Shown: in pieces, positions 8,601 through 18,287 of the stretch
How positions within the stretch are numbered: the stretch's first letter is position 1
Layout of the letters: the number at the start of each line of letters is the position of its first letter
From: Acidiferrobacterales bacterium
Lineage (GTDB): Bacteria; Pseudomonadota; Gammaproteobacteria; Acidiferrobacterales; SPGG2
Reading direction: 5' to 3'
DNA length: 64,000 nucleotides
NCBI GenBank assembly: GCA_046760105.1
Contig: JBHIDJ010000008.1
Location: forward strand, 1,712 to 65,711
Made by a program: the position numbers and the translations under genes
The notes under the pieces: generated by a model
Told to the model about the DNA's origin: nothing
What the model saw: only the letters and a program-made list of their open reading frames with translations
Databases searched by the model: none

Positions 8601-10484
8601 ATGGCGCCCAACAATCAATTTTCGCTACTCGGACAACGACGCTTTGGTCCGTTCTTTCTGACACAGTTCCTAGGCGCGTTTAACGACAACGTCTTTAAGC
8701 AGGCCTTGGTTACGCTCATCGCGTTCCATAGCGCAACCCTCATTGCCACAAACACCGATACGTTGGTCAACTTGAGTGCGGGGCTGTTCATCCTTCCGTT
8801 CTTCTTGTTTTCCGCGACCGCCGGACAGATGGCGGACAAATATGAAAAGTCGCGGTTGATTCAGCTGATTAAGCTGCTCGAGATTTTGATCATGATCTGT
8901 GCAGCCGCGGGTTTCTACCTGAAGAACGTGCCGCTGCTGATCGGACTGCTTTTCCTAATGGGCACCCAATCCAGTTTGTTCGGGCCGGTGAAGTACGGGA
9001 TCTTGCCGCAGGTGCTTAAGGACGAAGAGCTAGTCGGCGGCAACGGACTGGTGGAAATGGGCACGTTCCTCGCGATCCTGCTCGGTACGATGGCGGGCAT
9101 CATTCTGATCGGTCTGTCGGACGTCGGCATCGTGGCCGTTTCCCTTACCGTGATTGTGGTGGCGTGCCTGGGGTACCTGGCGAGCCGCCGCATTCCGTCC
9201 GTGCCACGCGTAGATACCGCGCTACAGATCAACTGGAATCCGTTCACCGAGACCTGGCGCATCATACAGTTCACGCGTCGTAATCGTACGGTATTTCTGT
9301 CCATCTTGGGTATCTCCTGGTTTTGGTTCTTGGGTGCCATGTACATCGCGCAGTTACCGAACTACGCCAAACTCACGCTCGGCGGTAACGAGTATGTCCT
9401 AATGGTGCTTATCACGCTGTTTACCGTCGGTATCGGTGCAGGCTCTTTGTTCTGCGAGCGTCTGGCCGGTCGTAAGGTAGAGCTGGGCTTAGTGCCCTTC
9501 GGTTCTATAGGGCTTACTGTGTTCGGCGTTGATCTGTTCTTCGCCGCGCCAACTCCGGCGAGCGCGGAGCTTATCGGGGCGGCGAGCTTCCTGCAATCGC
9601 CAGGCAGCTGGCGGGTGATGGCCGACATCACGCTGCTTGGTATGTTCGGTGGTTTCTACATCGTCCCGCTGTATGCCTTAGTGCAACAACGCAGCGAACC
9701 TAGTCACCGCTCACGCATCATCGCTGGTAACAACATCTTGAACGCCCTGTTTATGGTGGTATCGGCGGCAATGGCGATCATACTGCTGAATGCCGGTATA
9801 TCGATCCCCGGACTTTTCTTAACAACCTCGGTGATGAATGCCGCCGTGGCGATCTACATCTACACCCTCGTGCCGGAGTTTCTGATGCGTTTCATCGTGT
9901 GGATACTAATCCACACCATTTATCGCGTACAGGAAGAGGGGTTAGAGCGAATTCCCAATGCGGGACCGGCGGTCCTGGTCTGTAACCATGTCAGCTTTGT
10001 CGATGCGTTAGTGATCGCCGGCTGTGTACGCCGACCGATACGTTTTGTCATGTACCACACGATTTTCAAGTTGCCGGTGCTGAGCTTTGTGTTCCGGACG
10101 GCCAAGGCCATTCCCATCGCCCCCGCCAAAGAAAACCCGGACATGCTAGACCGTGCCTATGAACAGATTGCGCAGGCACTGGAGGCCGGTGATGTGGTCT
10201 GCATTTTTCCGGAAGGCAAGATCACTGATGATGGTGAGATGCGCCCGTTTCGGCCTGGCATCGAGCGTATTATTGAACGTAATCCGGTGCCGGTGGTACC
10301 GATGGCGTTACGGGGGTTGTGGGGTAGCTTCTTCAGCCGCAAAGGCGGGCCGGCGATGCGCGCACCGCCGACACGCTTCTGGTCCAAGATCGCGCTAGTC
10401 GTCGGCGCGCCAGTGCCAGCACAAACCGTCAACGCGACAGGCCTTCAGGAACTCGTGCTCACACTGCGCGGTGATTGGAAATAG
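8601..10484 (+). CDS. Fusion of a lysophospholipid transporter (LplT-like MFS) with a PlsC-type acyltransferase
   Basis: 627 aa. The N-terminal ~400 aa form a 12-TM MFS resembling LplT. The C-terminal ~200 aa carry the acyltransferase HX4D box (CNHVSFVDALV) and FPEGKIT. Confidence 0.85.
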   Translation: MAPNNQFSLLGQRRFGPFFLTQFLGAFNDNVFKQALVTLIAFHSATLIATNTDTLVNLSAGLFILPFFLFSATAGQMADKYEKSRLIQLIKLLEILIMICAAAGFYLKNVPLLIGLLFLMGTQSSLFGPVKYGILPQVLKDEELVGGNGLVEMGTFLAILLGTMAGIILIGLSDVGIVAVSLTVIVVACLGYLASRRIPSVPRVDTALQINWNPFTETWRIIQFTRRNRTVFLSILGISWFWFLGAMYIAQLPNYAKLTLGGNEYVLMVLITLFTVGIGAGSLFCERLAGRKVELGLVPFGSIGLTVFGVDLFFAAPTPASAELIGAASFLQSPGSWRVMADITLLGMFGGFYIVPLYALVQQRSEPSHRSRIIAGNNILNALFMVVSAAMAIILLNAGISIPGLFLTTSVMNAAVAIYIYTLVPEFLMRFIVWILIHTIYRVQEEGLERIPNAGPAVLVCNHVSFVDALVIAGCVRRPIRFVMYHTIFKLPVLSFVFRTAKAIPIAPAKENPDMLDRAYEQIAQALEAGDVVCIFPEGKITDDGEMRPFRPGIERIIERNPVPVVPMALRGLWGSFFSRKGGPAMRAPPTRFWSKIALVVGAPVPAQTVNATGLQELVLTLRGDWK

Positions 10485-10516
10485 ACGATGGCGCCGCACC
10501 TCAGAACACCAGTGCC

Positions 10517-10978
10517 TCAGCCTATCGTTTTCGGTGAGACCAAGACCGGCCGGTCGCGGTCGGCAGGCACCGTGCACAGAAATCCGAAGGGCTCCGGACC
10601 TTCAGGGTTTGCAAATTGATGGACCTCCCACGGGGCAATGTAGACCACGTCACCAAACGACAATGCGCTCTGCTGCTCCCCTAACGACACTTCACCACTG
10701 CCACGTATTACAATTACCACGTGTTCGTGTTCGTGTTTTTCCCGGCTGGAGAAACCGCCGACCTCGACTTCAAAGTAACGCACATAAAACGGCACCGTTA
10801 GTCCATCCGCACCGCCTACCAGGGAAGTGCGTGTCACGCCACGCCAGCTTTGCGGTTCGTCTTTGTAGATCTTGCGGATTGCGTCTTGCCAGACGAAGCC
10901 TTCGCGGTATCTCAGAATCTTGCTTTGGCCGGGCGTGACGCTATGCGCCGCCGTGTCCGCTGACTTCTCCTGCGTCAT
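10517..10978 (-). CDS. Cupin domain protein
   Basis: 153 aa with HEHEHVVIVIRGSGEV...GDVVYIAPWEVHQF, the two cupin motifs. Its start overlaps the stop of the upstream dehydrogenase by 4 nt. Confidence 0.75.
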   Translation of the reverse strand: MTQEKSADTAAHSVTPGQSKILRYREGFVWQDAIRKIYKDEPQSWRGVTRTSLVGGADGLTVPFYVRYFEVEVGGFSSREKHEHEHVVIVIRGSGEVSLGEQQSALSFGDVVYIAPWEVHQFANPEGPEPFGFLCTVPADRDRPVLVSPKTIG

Positions 10979-12018
10979 TGCGCTTGATCCTCGAACAGCA
11001 CAAGTACCTTTAGCACGTTACCACCACTCTTGGCGGTGTCATAGGCCTTCTGAATTTCATCGATCCGAAATCGATGGGTGATCAACGACGATACATCAAC
11101 CGCTCCGGTGCGCAGCAACTCATAGGCCCGACGCGTGTCCTCGGGCCCACAGGAGTAGGAAGGGACTAGACTCACTTCGCGAAAGTAGAGGTCACCCAGG
11201 TCAACGGAAGTTAGCGCACCCGTCGGCGTGGGCGTAAACAAAATAACGCTGCCGCCGTTTCGCACGTACGCCAACGACTGCTCAATCACTTGTGGGCTAC
11301 CCGGCCCTACGATCACGAAGTCTGCCCCCTCAAACCCGTGCTGGCTTGCCTTGCGTGCCAACTCCTCCGGTGTGAACACCTCGTCAGCGCCTAACTGGCG
11401 TGCGTACTCGCCTCGTGCTGGGTCCGGTTCGACCGCCCACAGCAGATCGGCGCCCGAGGCCTTGGCTGCCGCGAGATTCAACAGCCCCATCACACCGCAA
11501 CCGACAATCGCACCATGGCCGCCAGCGCGATCGCCGACACGCTCTAGCGCCTTCACCGAACATGCGAGTGGCTCGATAAGAGCACCCAACTCGGGGGCTA
11601 GATCATCAATGGGGAACGTGTCGCGCCGCGCATTAACCTGCGGGACCCGGATATACTCGGCCATCCCGCCTGGATCAAGCTTGCTCCTGCGCCAGGTAAT
11701 ACAGTGCACGTAGTCTCTAGCCCGGCAATAGCGACATTCCATACAGGGGGCATGATGGTGCACGAACACCAGCTGCCCGCGCCTGATGTGGTCGAGTTCC
11801 GGTCCTACCTCTTCCACGTAACCCACGACCTCATGCCCTAGCACGGTGTCGACCTTGCGTTCCAGATACCACTCCATGAGGTCCCCGGAACAAATCCCAC
11901 ATGCCGCCGTGCGTAGCAGGACTTCGTCCCCAGACTGCAAGGTGGGTCTGGGCACCTTCTGCACTTCAAAACTTGTTGGACCGCGAATGACCGCCTGAAG
12001 CATGTCAGATGCTAGCAT
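10975..12018 (-). CDS. Zinc-dependent alcohol dehydrogenase family (MDR) oxidoreductase
   Basis: 347 aa with catalytic-Zn C..GHE (CGICSGD..GHEVVG), a structural-Zn Cys cluster (CMECRYCRARDYVHC) and a Rossmann GCGVMG. Confidence 0.85.
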   Translation of the reverse strand: MLASDMLQAVIRGPTSFEVQKVPRPTLQSGDEVLLRTAACGICSGDLMEWYLERKVDTVLGHEVVGYVEEVGPELDHIRRGQLVFVHHHAPCMECRYCRARDYVHCITWRRSKLDPGGMAEYIRVPQVNARRDTFPIDDLAPELGALIEPLACSVKALERVGDRAGGHGAIVGCGVMGLLNLAAAKASGADLLWAVEPDPARGEYARQLGADEVFTPEELARKASQHGFEGADFVIVGPGSPQVIEQSLAYVRNGGSVILFTPTPTGALTSVDLGDLYFREVSLVPSYSCGPEDTRRAYELLRTGAVDVSSLITHRFRIDEIQKAYDTAKSGGNVLKVLVLFEDQAQ

Positions 12019-12080
12019 CTACCAACTGGCTCTGTAAGTAGCCTGTTGGTGTTGGACGAAAATTCTCCTCAACGGCGCCG

Positions 12081-13103
12081 CTACGCCCATGGATCTATAG
12101 CATACTTAATACCGGTACCCGCTTCCATTTGCCGCAGGGCAAGATCGAGTTCGTCTAGCCGCATATCCCCGCTTATAAGCTCGTCCACACGCAACTCACC
12201 GCGCTGCAGCAGTTCTGCCGCACGACGCACATCCGGCGGGCCGAAATGAAAGGCGCCGAACAAGCGTAATTCATGGTAATGCAATCGAAAACTGTCAATA
12301 TCGACAACGGTGTCCTTCGGCAAGCCGCCAAAGAACAGCACCTGGCCACCGGGGAGCACGAGATCCAGCGCTGTCCGCCATGCCGTCGTCCGTCCCGTGC
12401 ACTCGATCACACAGTCGAAGCCGTCATCATCTGCAAGCTGGGCCTCAAGCGGACCCTGCTCCGTATCCACCACCTCCGCAAGTGCATACGCGCGCGCGAT
12501 TTCGAGGCGTTGGCGGTTGCGACCCGCGGCAACCGCGGCTGCGTCCGTGAAGCGCGGTAACAGTTGGCAGAAGAGCAATCCCATCGCCCCCAGGCCGATA
12601 ACCAAGATCCGGTCGACCCCAGACCAGTCGATCCGTTCGAGCGCATGCACTACGCAACTTACGGGCTCGAGAAACGCTGCCGTTTGTGCCGACATCCCTG
12701 CGGGCCGCCGCAACAAGTTATGTGCGACCACCGGCGCCGGCAGCCGCAGAAACTGGGCAAAGGCGCCAAACGCCATGTCTTCTTGCAGGCGCGGACACAG
12801 GCTGTAGCGCGCCTTGGCGCAATAGCGACAATGTCCACAGGGGGCGCTGTGCACGCCCCATACGGACATCCCGGGTTCAAATGCACGCACACCTTTACCG
12901 AACGCATATACTGAACCCGCATACTGGTGACCGAGTGGCCCTGGCATAGGAATGAGGGGATGTCCGCGCCGATAGGCTTTCAGGTCGGTCCCGCAGGTGA
13001 GGGCACGCTCCACACGAATCATCACCTCACCCGGTCGCAGCACCGGATCACTTACATCACGAATCTCGATCTTTCGAGGTTCGACTAGATAGGCGGCTCG
13101 CAT
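12081..13103 (-). CDS. Zinc-dependent alcohol dehydrogenase family (MDR) oxidoreductase
   Basis: 340 aa with CGTDLKAY..GHQYAG, CGHCRYCAKARYSLC and GLGAMG. It is a paralog of the downstream gene. Confidence 0.85.
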   Translation of the reverse strand: MRAAYLVEPRKIEIRDVSDPVLRPGEVMIRVERALTCGTDLKAYRRGHPLIPMPGPLGHQYAGSVYAFGKGVRAFEPGMSVWGVHSAPCGHCRYCAKARYSLCPRLQEDMAFGAFAQFLRLPAPVVAHNLLRRPAGMSAQTAAFLEPVSCVVHALERIDWSGVDRILVIGLGAMGLLFCQLLPRFTDAAAVAAGRNRQRLEIARAYALAEVVDTEQGPLEAQLADDDGFDCVIECTGRTTAWRTALDLVLPGGQVLFFGGLPKDTVVDIDSFRLHYHELRLFGAFHFGPPDVRRAAELLQRGELRVDELISGDMRLDELDLALRQMEAGTGIKYAIDPWA

Positions 13104-13283
13104 CTGAGAAACGATGATAAAATCTTCTGCAGACCCAACATAAAACCGACAATGCTGTCACCCGGCGAACCGTGAGCTATTAGAGCTTAGCGCTACGGCG
13201 AGTGCGCGTCGGTTTGAGGACGGCTAAGTATAAACGCAATGCGGTGGTACAACCATGCAACCTCTGCTATGCGTTAGCGCCCG

Positions 13284-13299
13284 TGGCATTGCCGTTGCT
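13284..13299 (+). promoter_or_regulatory. Putative sigma54 (-24/-12) promoter for the GspE-like ATPase
   Basis: TGGCATTGCCGTTGCT, with GG and GC at the canonical spacing and a TTGC -12 element. It ends 27 nt before the TTG start at 13326, and the RBS AAAGGTGAG lies in between. Confidence 0.45.
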
Positions 13300-13325
13300 A
13301 CCCAACGCTGAAAGGTGAGTAAAAC

Positions 13326-15110
13326 TTGAAGCAGGCCAAAGGTACATCAACACCACGACAGCTAGAGTTAAAGGATCTATTGGCTGATCTCGTCGCCGAT
13401 GGATTACTCTCGACGGACGACGCGAACCGCGTCGCTATAAGTACCGGAAGAAAAAGCGATCTGCACCCGCTTGCCGCAGTTGCCAACCAAAACCTCAGGA
13501 GCGCTAAAAACCCAAACAAGGTGCTTACGCTTGAGGTCTTGACCGCGTGGTTGGCGCAAAACACTGGTCTCCCGTACGAGCGGATCGATCCATTAAAGCT
13601 GGATGTCGAGACCGTCACCAACGTCGTGTCATACGCCTACGCATCACGGCGCAAAATCCTGCCGATCGCTGTCACCGACGACACGGTAACGATCGCCACC
13701 AGTGACCCCGTTGCCAATGACTGGGAGGATGAGCTCAGCCGTGTTTTGCGCAAAAAGATCGTGCGGGTGCTTGCTAATCCCGCTGACATCGATCGTTACC
13801 TAGCGGAGTTTTATAGCGTAAGCCGTTCCGTAAAACGCGCCCTCAAGGATCCCTCGCGCGCGCAACTCGACGTCATCACGAATCTGGAGCAAATGGTTGA
13901 ACTAGGCCGCGCCGGAAGACTTGACGCCGACGATCATCATATCGTCAACATCGTGGACTGGCTGCTGCAATATGCCTTTGACCAGCGTGCGAGCGATATC
14001 CATCTGGAGCCTCGACGAGAAAAGAGTGATATCCGATTCCGGATCGACGGCGTGTTGCATATGGTGTACCAAGTACCAACGCTGGTGATGAGCGCCATCA
14101 TCAGTCGCATCAAGACGTTGGGACGTATGGACGTGGCCGAAAAGCGGCGTCCCCAAGATGGGCGGCTAAGGACCAAAACGCCGGTGGGAAACGAGGTCGA
14201 ACTGCGTCTCTCCACCATTCCAACGGCGCTCGGTGAAAAACTGGTGATGCGCATCTTTGATCCCAGTGTGCTCGCTAGGAGCTTCAAGGAACTCGGATTG
14301 AGTGAAAGCGATGTAGAGCGGTGGCAGACAATGGTCAAGCAACCGCATGGCATCATTCTCGTTACCGGCCCTACTGGGTCTGGCAAGACGACCACGCTTT
14401 ACTCGACCCTCAAGCAACTCGCGAAACCTGAGGTTAATGTCTGCACCATCGAAGACCCGATAGAGATGGTCGAACCTACTTTTAACCAGATGCAGGTGCA
14501 GCATAACATCGGTCTAGGGTTTGCGAGTGGCGTGCGGTCGTTACTTCGCCAAGACCCCGACATCATCATGGTTGGCGAGATTCGCGACCTGGAGACAGCC
14601 GACATGGCGGTGCAGGCAGCGCTCACCGGCCACCTCGTGCTTTCCACTCTGCACACCAACGATGCCGCGTCAGCGATCACGCGCCTGCTCGAGATCGGCG
14701 CACCTGCCTATCTGATCAATGCGACACTGTTGGGCGCCGTGGCTCAGCGGCTCGTGCGTACCCTCTGCCCGCACTGCAAACAAAGCGGCAATTTAGACGA
14801 CGATGCATGGCAAGCTCTGGTGCACCCGTGGAAGGCCACGAAGCCAGAGGCGGCTTATCTACCGAAGGGTTGTCTGGAGTGCCGCAATACCGGCTACTTC
14901 GGACGGATCGGTGTTTACGAGATTCTCACCATGTCGCCGGTGCTGTGCAAATTAACGCAGGCGGAAACCGAGGTTGCGGTCCTGCGCGAGCAGGCGGTCA
15001 AGGAAGGCATGGAACCCCTGCGGCTGAGCGGCGCGCGCAAAATCTATGCCGGGCTTACCACCATTGAGGAAGTGGCCAAAGTCGCACCGCCCCCAGAAGA
15101 ACCGTTGTGA
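13326..15110 (+). CDS. GspE/PilB family type II secretion / type IV pilus assembly ATPase (orphan)
   Basis: 594 aa with a TTG start. It has a T2SSE_N-like N-terminal region, Walker A GPTGSGKTT, Walker B DPDIIMVGEIRD, His box GHLVLSTLHTN and a tetra-Cys CPHC..CLECRNTGY. Confidence 0.9.
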   Translation: MKQAKGTSTPRQLELKDLLADLVADGLLSTDDANRVAISTGRKSDLHPLAAVANQNLRSAKNPNKVLTLEVLTAWLAQNTGLPYERIDPLKLDVETVTNVVSYAYASRRKILPIAVTDDTVTIATSDPVANDWEDELSRVLRKKIVRVLANPADIDRYLAEFYSVSRSVKRALKDPSRAQLDVITNLEQMVELGRAGRLDADDHHIVNIVDWLLQYAFDQRASDIHLEPRREKSDIRFRIDGVLHMVYQVPTLVMSAIISRIKTLGRMDVAEKRRPQDGRLRTKTPVGNEVELRLSTIPTALGEKLVMRIFDPSVLARSFKELGLSESDVERWQTMVKQPHGIILVTGPTGSGKTTTLYSTLKQLAKPEVNVCTIEDPIEMVEPTFNQMQVQHNIGLGFASGVRSLLRQDPDIIMVGEIRDLETADMAVQAALTGHLVLSTLHTNDAASAITRLLEIGAPAYLINATLLGAVAQRLVRTLCPHCKQSGNLDDDAWQALVHPWKATKPEAAYLPKGCLECRNTGYFGRIGVYEILTMSPVLCKLTQAETEVAVLREQAVKEGMEPLRLSGARKIYAGLTTIEEVAKVAPPPEEPL

Positions 15111-15136
15111 ATCGGTTGCTTGGCCGTCGTTGTTTC

Positions 15137-15535
15137 TCAGCCCTCGCGCGCGGGCACGACTCGCGGTTGGCGCTTGTCGTCTATGGCGACGTATGTGAGC
15201 GCCGCCTCGGTCACTTTCACACACTCCGTCGCGTGCAGACGACGCTCCGCATAGACATCGACCTTAACCGTAATTGACGTGCGCCCGACTTGTACCACAT
15301 CGGCGTAAAAACTGACTACGTCGCCGACCAGCACCGGCTTCTTGAATGCCAGCGCATTGACGGCAACGGTGACCACACGACCCCTTGCGCGGCGCGCGGC
15401 CGCGATGGCCCCGGCAACATCGACGTGCGACATGATCCAACCGCCGAAAATATCGCCGACACTATTGGTATCCGCTGGCATCGGAACCACACGAAGCGTG
15501 GCCTGCCGCTCGTCAGGAAGTGAGTCGTCTACCAT
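15137..15535 (-). CDS. Acyl-CoA thioesterase, YciA-like hotdog fold
   Basis: 132 aa. MPADTNSVGDIFGGWIMSHVD..VTVAVNALAFKKPVLVGD is the YciA pattern. Confidence 0.8.
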   Translation of the reverse strand: MVDDSLPDERQATLRVVPMPADTNSVGDIFGGWIMSHVDVAGAIAAARRARGRVVTVAVNALAFKKPVLVGDVVSFYADVVQVGRTSITVKVDVYAERRLHATECVKVTEAALTYVAIDDKRQPRVVPAREG

Positions 15536-15665
15536 GATCGTTCCTCCATGATTTGCGCGTTGTCGCGCGTCCGTTAGTGATTACATCTGTTACGGCCAAT
15601 TGCTGCTCGTGCGACTGAGGTGAACATCGATCTTGTCATATGCGAGCGGCAGCAAATCGCCGTTG

Positions 15666-15935
15666 TCATCGCGCACGTCGGACTGCGTGAAGATCCGTAA
15701 CGCGTGCAGCACCTTTGAGCGTCAACCACTGGCAGCCCGATATCTCTCTCACTCGAAGGGCAAGCCGCTGCGTGCGTAACGCATTATCGGGCAAGTCGAA
15801 ATAATGGTCACGGATCGTATTGGCCGCTCGCGGCAGAACCCGATAGCGACCGATCCACTCAAGCGCGCAGATCTCCTCCAGTACGGCCTGGGGCTTGTGA
15901 CCACAGACTATCATTGTGATTTCGATTTCCCGCAT
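15666..15935 (-). CDS. CYTH-domain N-terminal fragment, possibly a truncated gene remnant
   Basis: 89 aa starting MREIEIT (an ExExK-like opening), then ..DHYFDLPDNALRTQRLALRVRE...WLTLKG. It stops about halfway through a normal CYTH domain. The remaining 130 nt to the next gene hold no convincing continuation. Confidence 0.35.
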   Translation of the reverse strand: MREIEITMIVCGHKPQAVLEEICALEWIGRYRVLPRAANTIRDHYFDLPDNALRTQRLALRVREISGCQWLTLKGAARVTDLHAVRRAR

Positions 15936-16179
15936 GTCGCTGTATCGATCGGAAAAATCAGGGGTTTTATCCGAGGGCCGCTCCCGTTGTACTTTGAGGT
16001 AGTTTGCATCGTGCCCCTGAAGTCCGCTGTTGGCCGTCTACACATTGTAAGCCCTTGTTGAATTTAGCAAATATGGCGACTGTCCCATGTCGACGCGGGA
16101 AATTGTCACCGACACGGTTTACGATTACGATATACGGACAGTTACTTCGCTGATAAGAGATGATCGCGGAGGAGAAAAC

Positions 16180-17460
16180 ATGAAAAAAATCAAAGCACCA
16201 GCCCTTAGCACTCCAACTGGTGTCGAAGGCCGTGCTCTTGACGTAGAAAGGGCCCCCGCACGCGGTCGTGTGACGGCAGTCGACAGGTGGCTTGCGCGCC
16301 GCATGTTCCAAATTATGGGGGAACCGCCGATCAACGTGGTGCTTTGGAACGGCGAAGAATTGGCCGGCTCGCCGGCTACGCCGGTCGCGCGCGTTTGGAT
16401 TCGCGATCGCAAGACCTTCTACAGGCTGCTCATCCAGCCGGATTTGCATTTCGGTGATCTTTACAGCGTCGGGCGTATTGAAGTGGAAGGCAGCCTGGTC
16501 AAGTTCCTCGAGACGGTCTCCCGCAACGCCTCGCGAATCGGCGTGCTAAAGCGGCTCCCGCGCATACTGAGCCGGCGGCACCGAAATACGCTTACCGGTT
16601 CAAAAGACAACATTCACCACCATTATGACATCTCCAATGGGTTCTACGCGCACTGGCTGGACGACGAAATGCAATATACCTGCGCCTACTTTCCGGATCC
16701 GGAGATGACGCTCGAGCAGGCGCAGATCGCCAAGATGGACCATGTCTGCCGCAAGGTCCAGTTAAAACCCGGAGACAAGGTAGTGGAGGCTGGTTGTGGG
16801 TGGGGAGGCCTTGCCAGACACATGGCAAGACATTACGGCGCGCACGTCAAAGCCTACAACATTTCCCACGAACAAGTGACCTACGCCCGCGACCGCGCGA
16901 AGGCCGAGGGATTGGCTGATCGTGTGGAATATATCGAGGATGACTATCGCAACGTTTCCGGCGAGTGCGATGTTTTCGTCTCCGTGGGTATGCTGGAGCA
17001 CGTGGGCGTGGAGCATTACGCCGGGCTTGGCGAAGTCATTCACCGTTCGCTCACGGCGACCGGACGCGGACTCATCCACACCATCGGGCGTAACAGGCCC
17101 GGAGGGCTGAACGCCTGGATCGAGAAGCGCATCTTTCCGGGCGCTCATCCACCGTGTTTGCGCGAGATGATGGAGATCTTCGAACCGCGCGAGTTTTCCG
17201 TACTGGATGTCGAAAACCTACGTTTGCATTACGCCAAGACGCTCGAGCACTGGCTGGCACGGTTTGAACAGCATGTCGATCAGGTCACCGGTATGTTTGA
17301 TCCAGACTTCATGAGAGCTTGGCGTCTTTATCTCTCCGGCTCGATTGCAACATTCACGACCGGTTCGTTGCAGCTCTTCCAGATTACCTTCGCGCGTCCG
17401 CTGGATAACACGATTCCCTGGAGTCGGGCCCACCTCTACACCGAACAGCACCAATCGTAA
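16180..17460 (+). CDS. cfa: Cyclopropane-fatty-acyl-phospholipid synthase
   Basis: ATG at 16180 preceded by GGAGGAG, giving 426 aa. It shows HHYDISNGFYAHWLD, VVEAGCGWGGLARHMA and SVGMLEHVG, which are Cfa/mycolic acid methyltransferase motifs. Confidence 0.9.
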   Translation: MKKIKAPALSTPTGVEGRALDVERAPARGRVTAVDRWLARRMFQIMGEPPINVVLWNGEELAGSPATPVARVWIRDRKTFYRLLIQPDLHFGDLYSVGRIEVEGSLVKFLETVSRNASRIGVLKRLPRILSRRHRNTLTGSKDNIHHHYDISNGFYAHWLDDEMQYTCAYFPDPEMTLEQAQIAKMDHVCRKVQLKPGDKVVEAGCGWGGLARHMARHYGAHVKAYNISHEQVTYARDRAKAEGLADRVEYIEDDYRNVSGECDVFVSVGMLEHVGVEHYAGLGEVIHRSLTATGRGLIHTIGRNRPGGLNAWIEKRIFPGAHPPCLREMMEIFEPREFSVLDVENLRLHYAKTLEHWLARFEQHVDQVTGMFDPDFMRAWRLYLSGSIATFTTGSLQLFQITFARPLDNTIPWSRAHLYTEQHQS

Positions 17461-17538
17461 GAGCTAGCACCGCTTTTGCGCTGGTGATCTTGCTCACTCT
17501 TTGCAAAACGAGTGTGGCAGTGATGTGTCCCTTCTGGA

Positions 17539-18174
17539 TCACCCGTTGTTGATGGTTCCTGATTGTGCCGCACGCGAATAACCGTAGACGCGATGCGACA
17601 GCGTTTCGGCATTGGTCAACAACCGGTCTAGGAACTGGCTCGTGCGGACCGCGTTCCCAGACTCATCCCGCATCCAGTAAAAGAACGTCATCAAATAGAT
17701 GGTGGTGAGGCCAGTCTCCTCGAGCGCGCGACGCAAAAATGTGACATCACGATGTGCCGCCTCACGTAACCACTGCACCGTGCGACTGATACGCATAAGC
17801 GCTGGGATCTGCACGTGCAAATGCCCCGGCTCGAGCTTGCCCCAAATCATCTCGCGGGTTACTTTCCTGTGCGGCGCCAATGCTGCTAACCAAGTCATAA
17901 TCGCGCGATGCACGCGCTGGCGCGCCGGCAGCGCCTGAAACTCCGCCGTCGCCGCATCCTCAAGCATGGCGCGATCGGCCCGATCAAACCACGCCTCTAC
18001 CAACTCTTCCTTTTCGCGGAAATGGGCGCGAATGTCATTCAAACTAAGATCGAGTGCGGCGCCCACATCGTGTAGCCGTACTGCTTCCCAAGACCGTGCC
18101 TCCGCAAGTGCAAGCGCCGTGTCGATAATTCGGTCTTTAATATCAACTTTCTTCGGCATGGCCGTTTCCCACAA
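17539..18174 (-). CDS. TetR family transcriptional regulator
   Basis: 211 aa with an N-terminal HTH (IIDTALALAEARSWEAVRLHDVGAALDLSLNDIRAHF). The start may be the second M at 18159. Confidence 0.8.
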   Translation of the reverse strand: MWETAMPKKVDIKDRIIDTALALAEARSWEAVRLHDVGAALDLSLNDIRAHFREKEELVEAWFDRADRAMLEDAATAEFQALPARQRVHRAIMTWLAALAPHRKVTREMIWGKLEPGHLHVQIPALMRISRTVQWLREAAHRDVTFLRRALEETGLTTIYLMTFFYWMRDESGNAVRTSQFLDRLLTNAETLSHRVYGYSRAAQSGTINNG

Positions 18175-18287
18175 CCTGGCCCCAGAGATAACGGTGCTAT
18201 ATTACACTCGCTGCGCGCGTCCGCACGACAAAATAGGAGCGCGCACCGGACGAACGGCGCACATAGCACGTGTTGTTCCGTTGGAAC

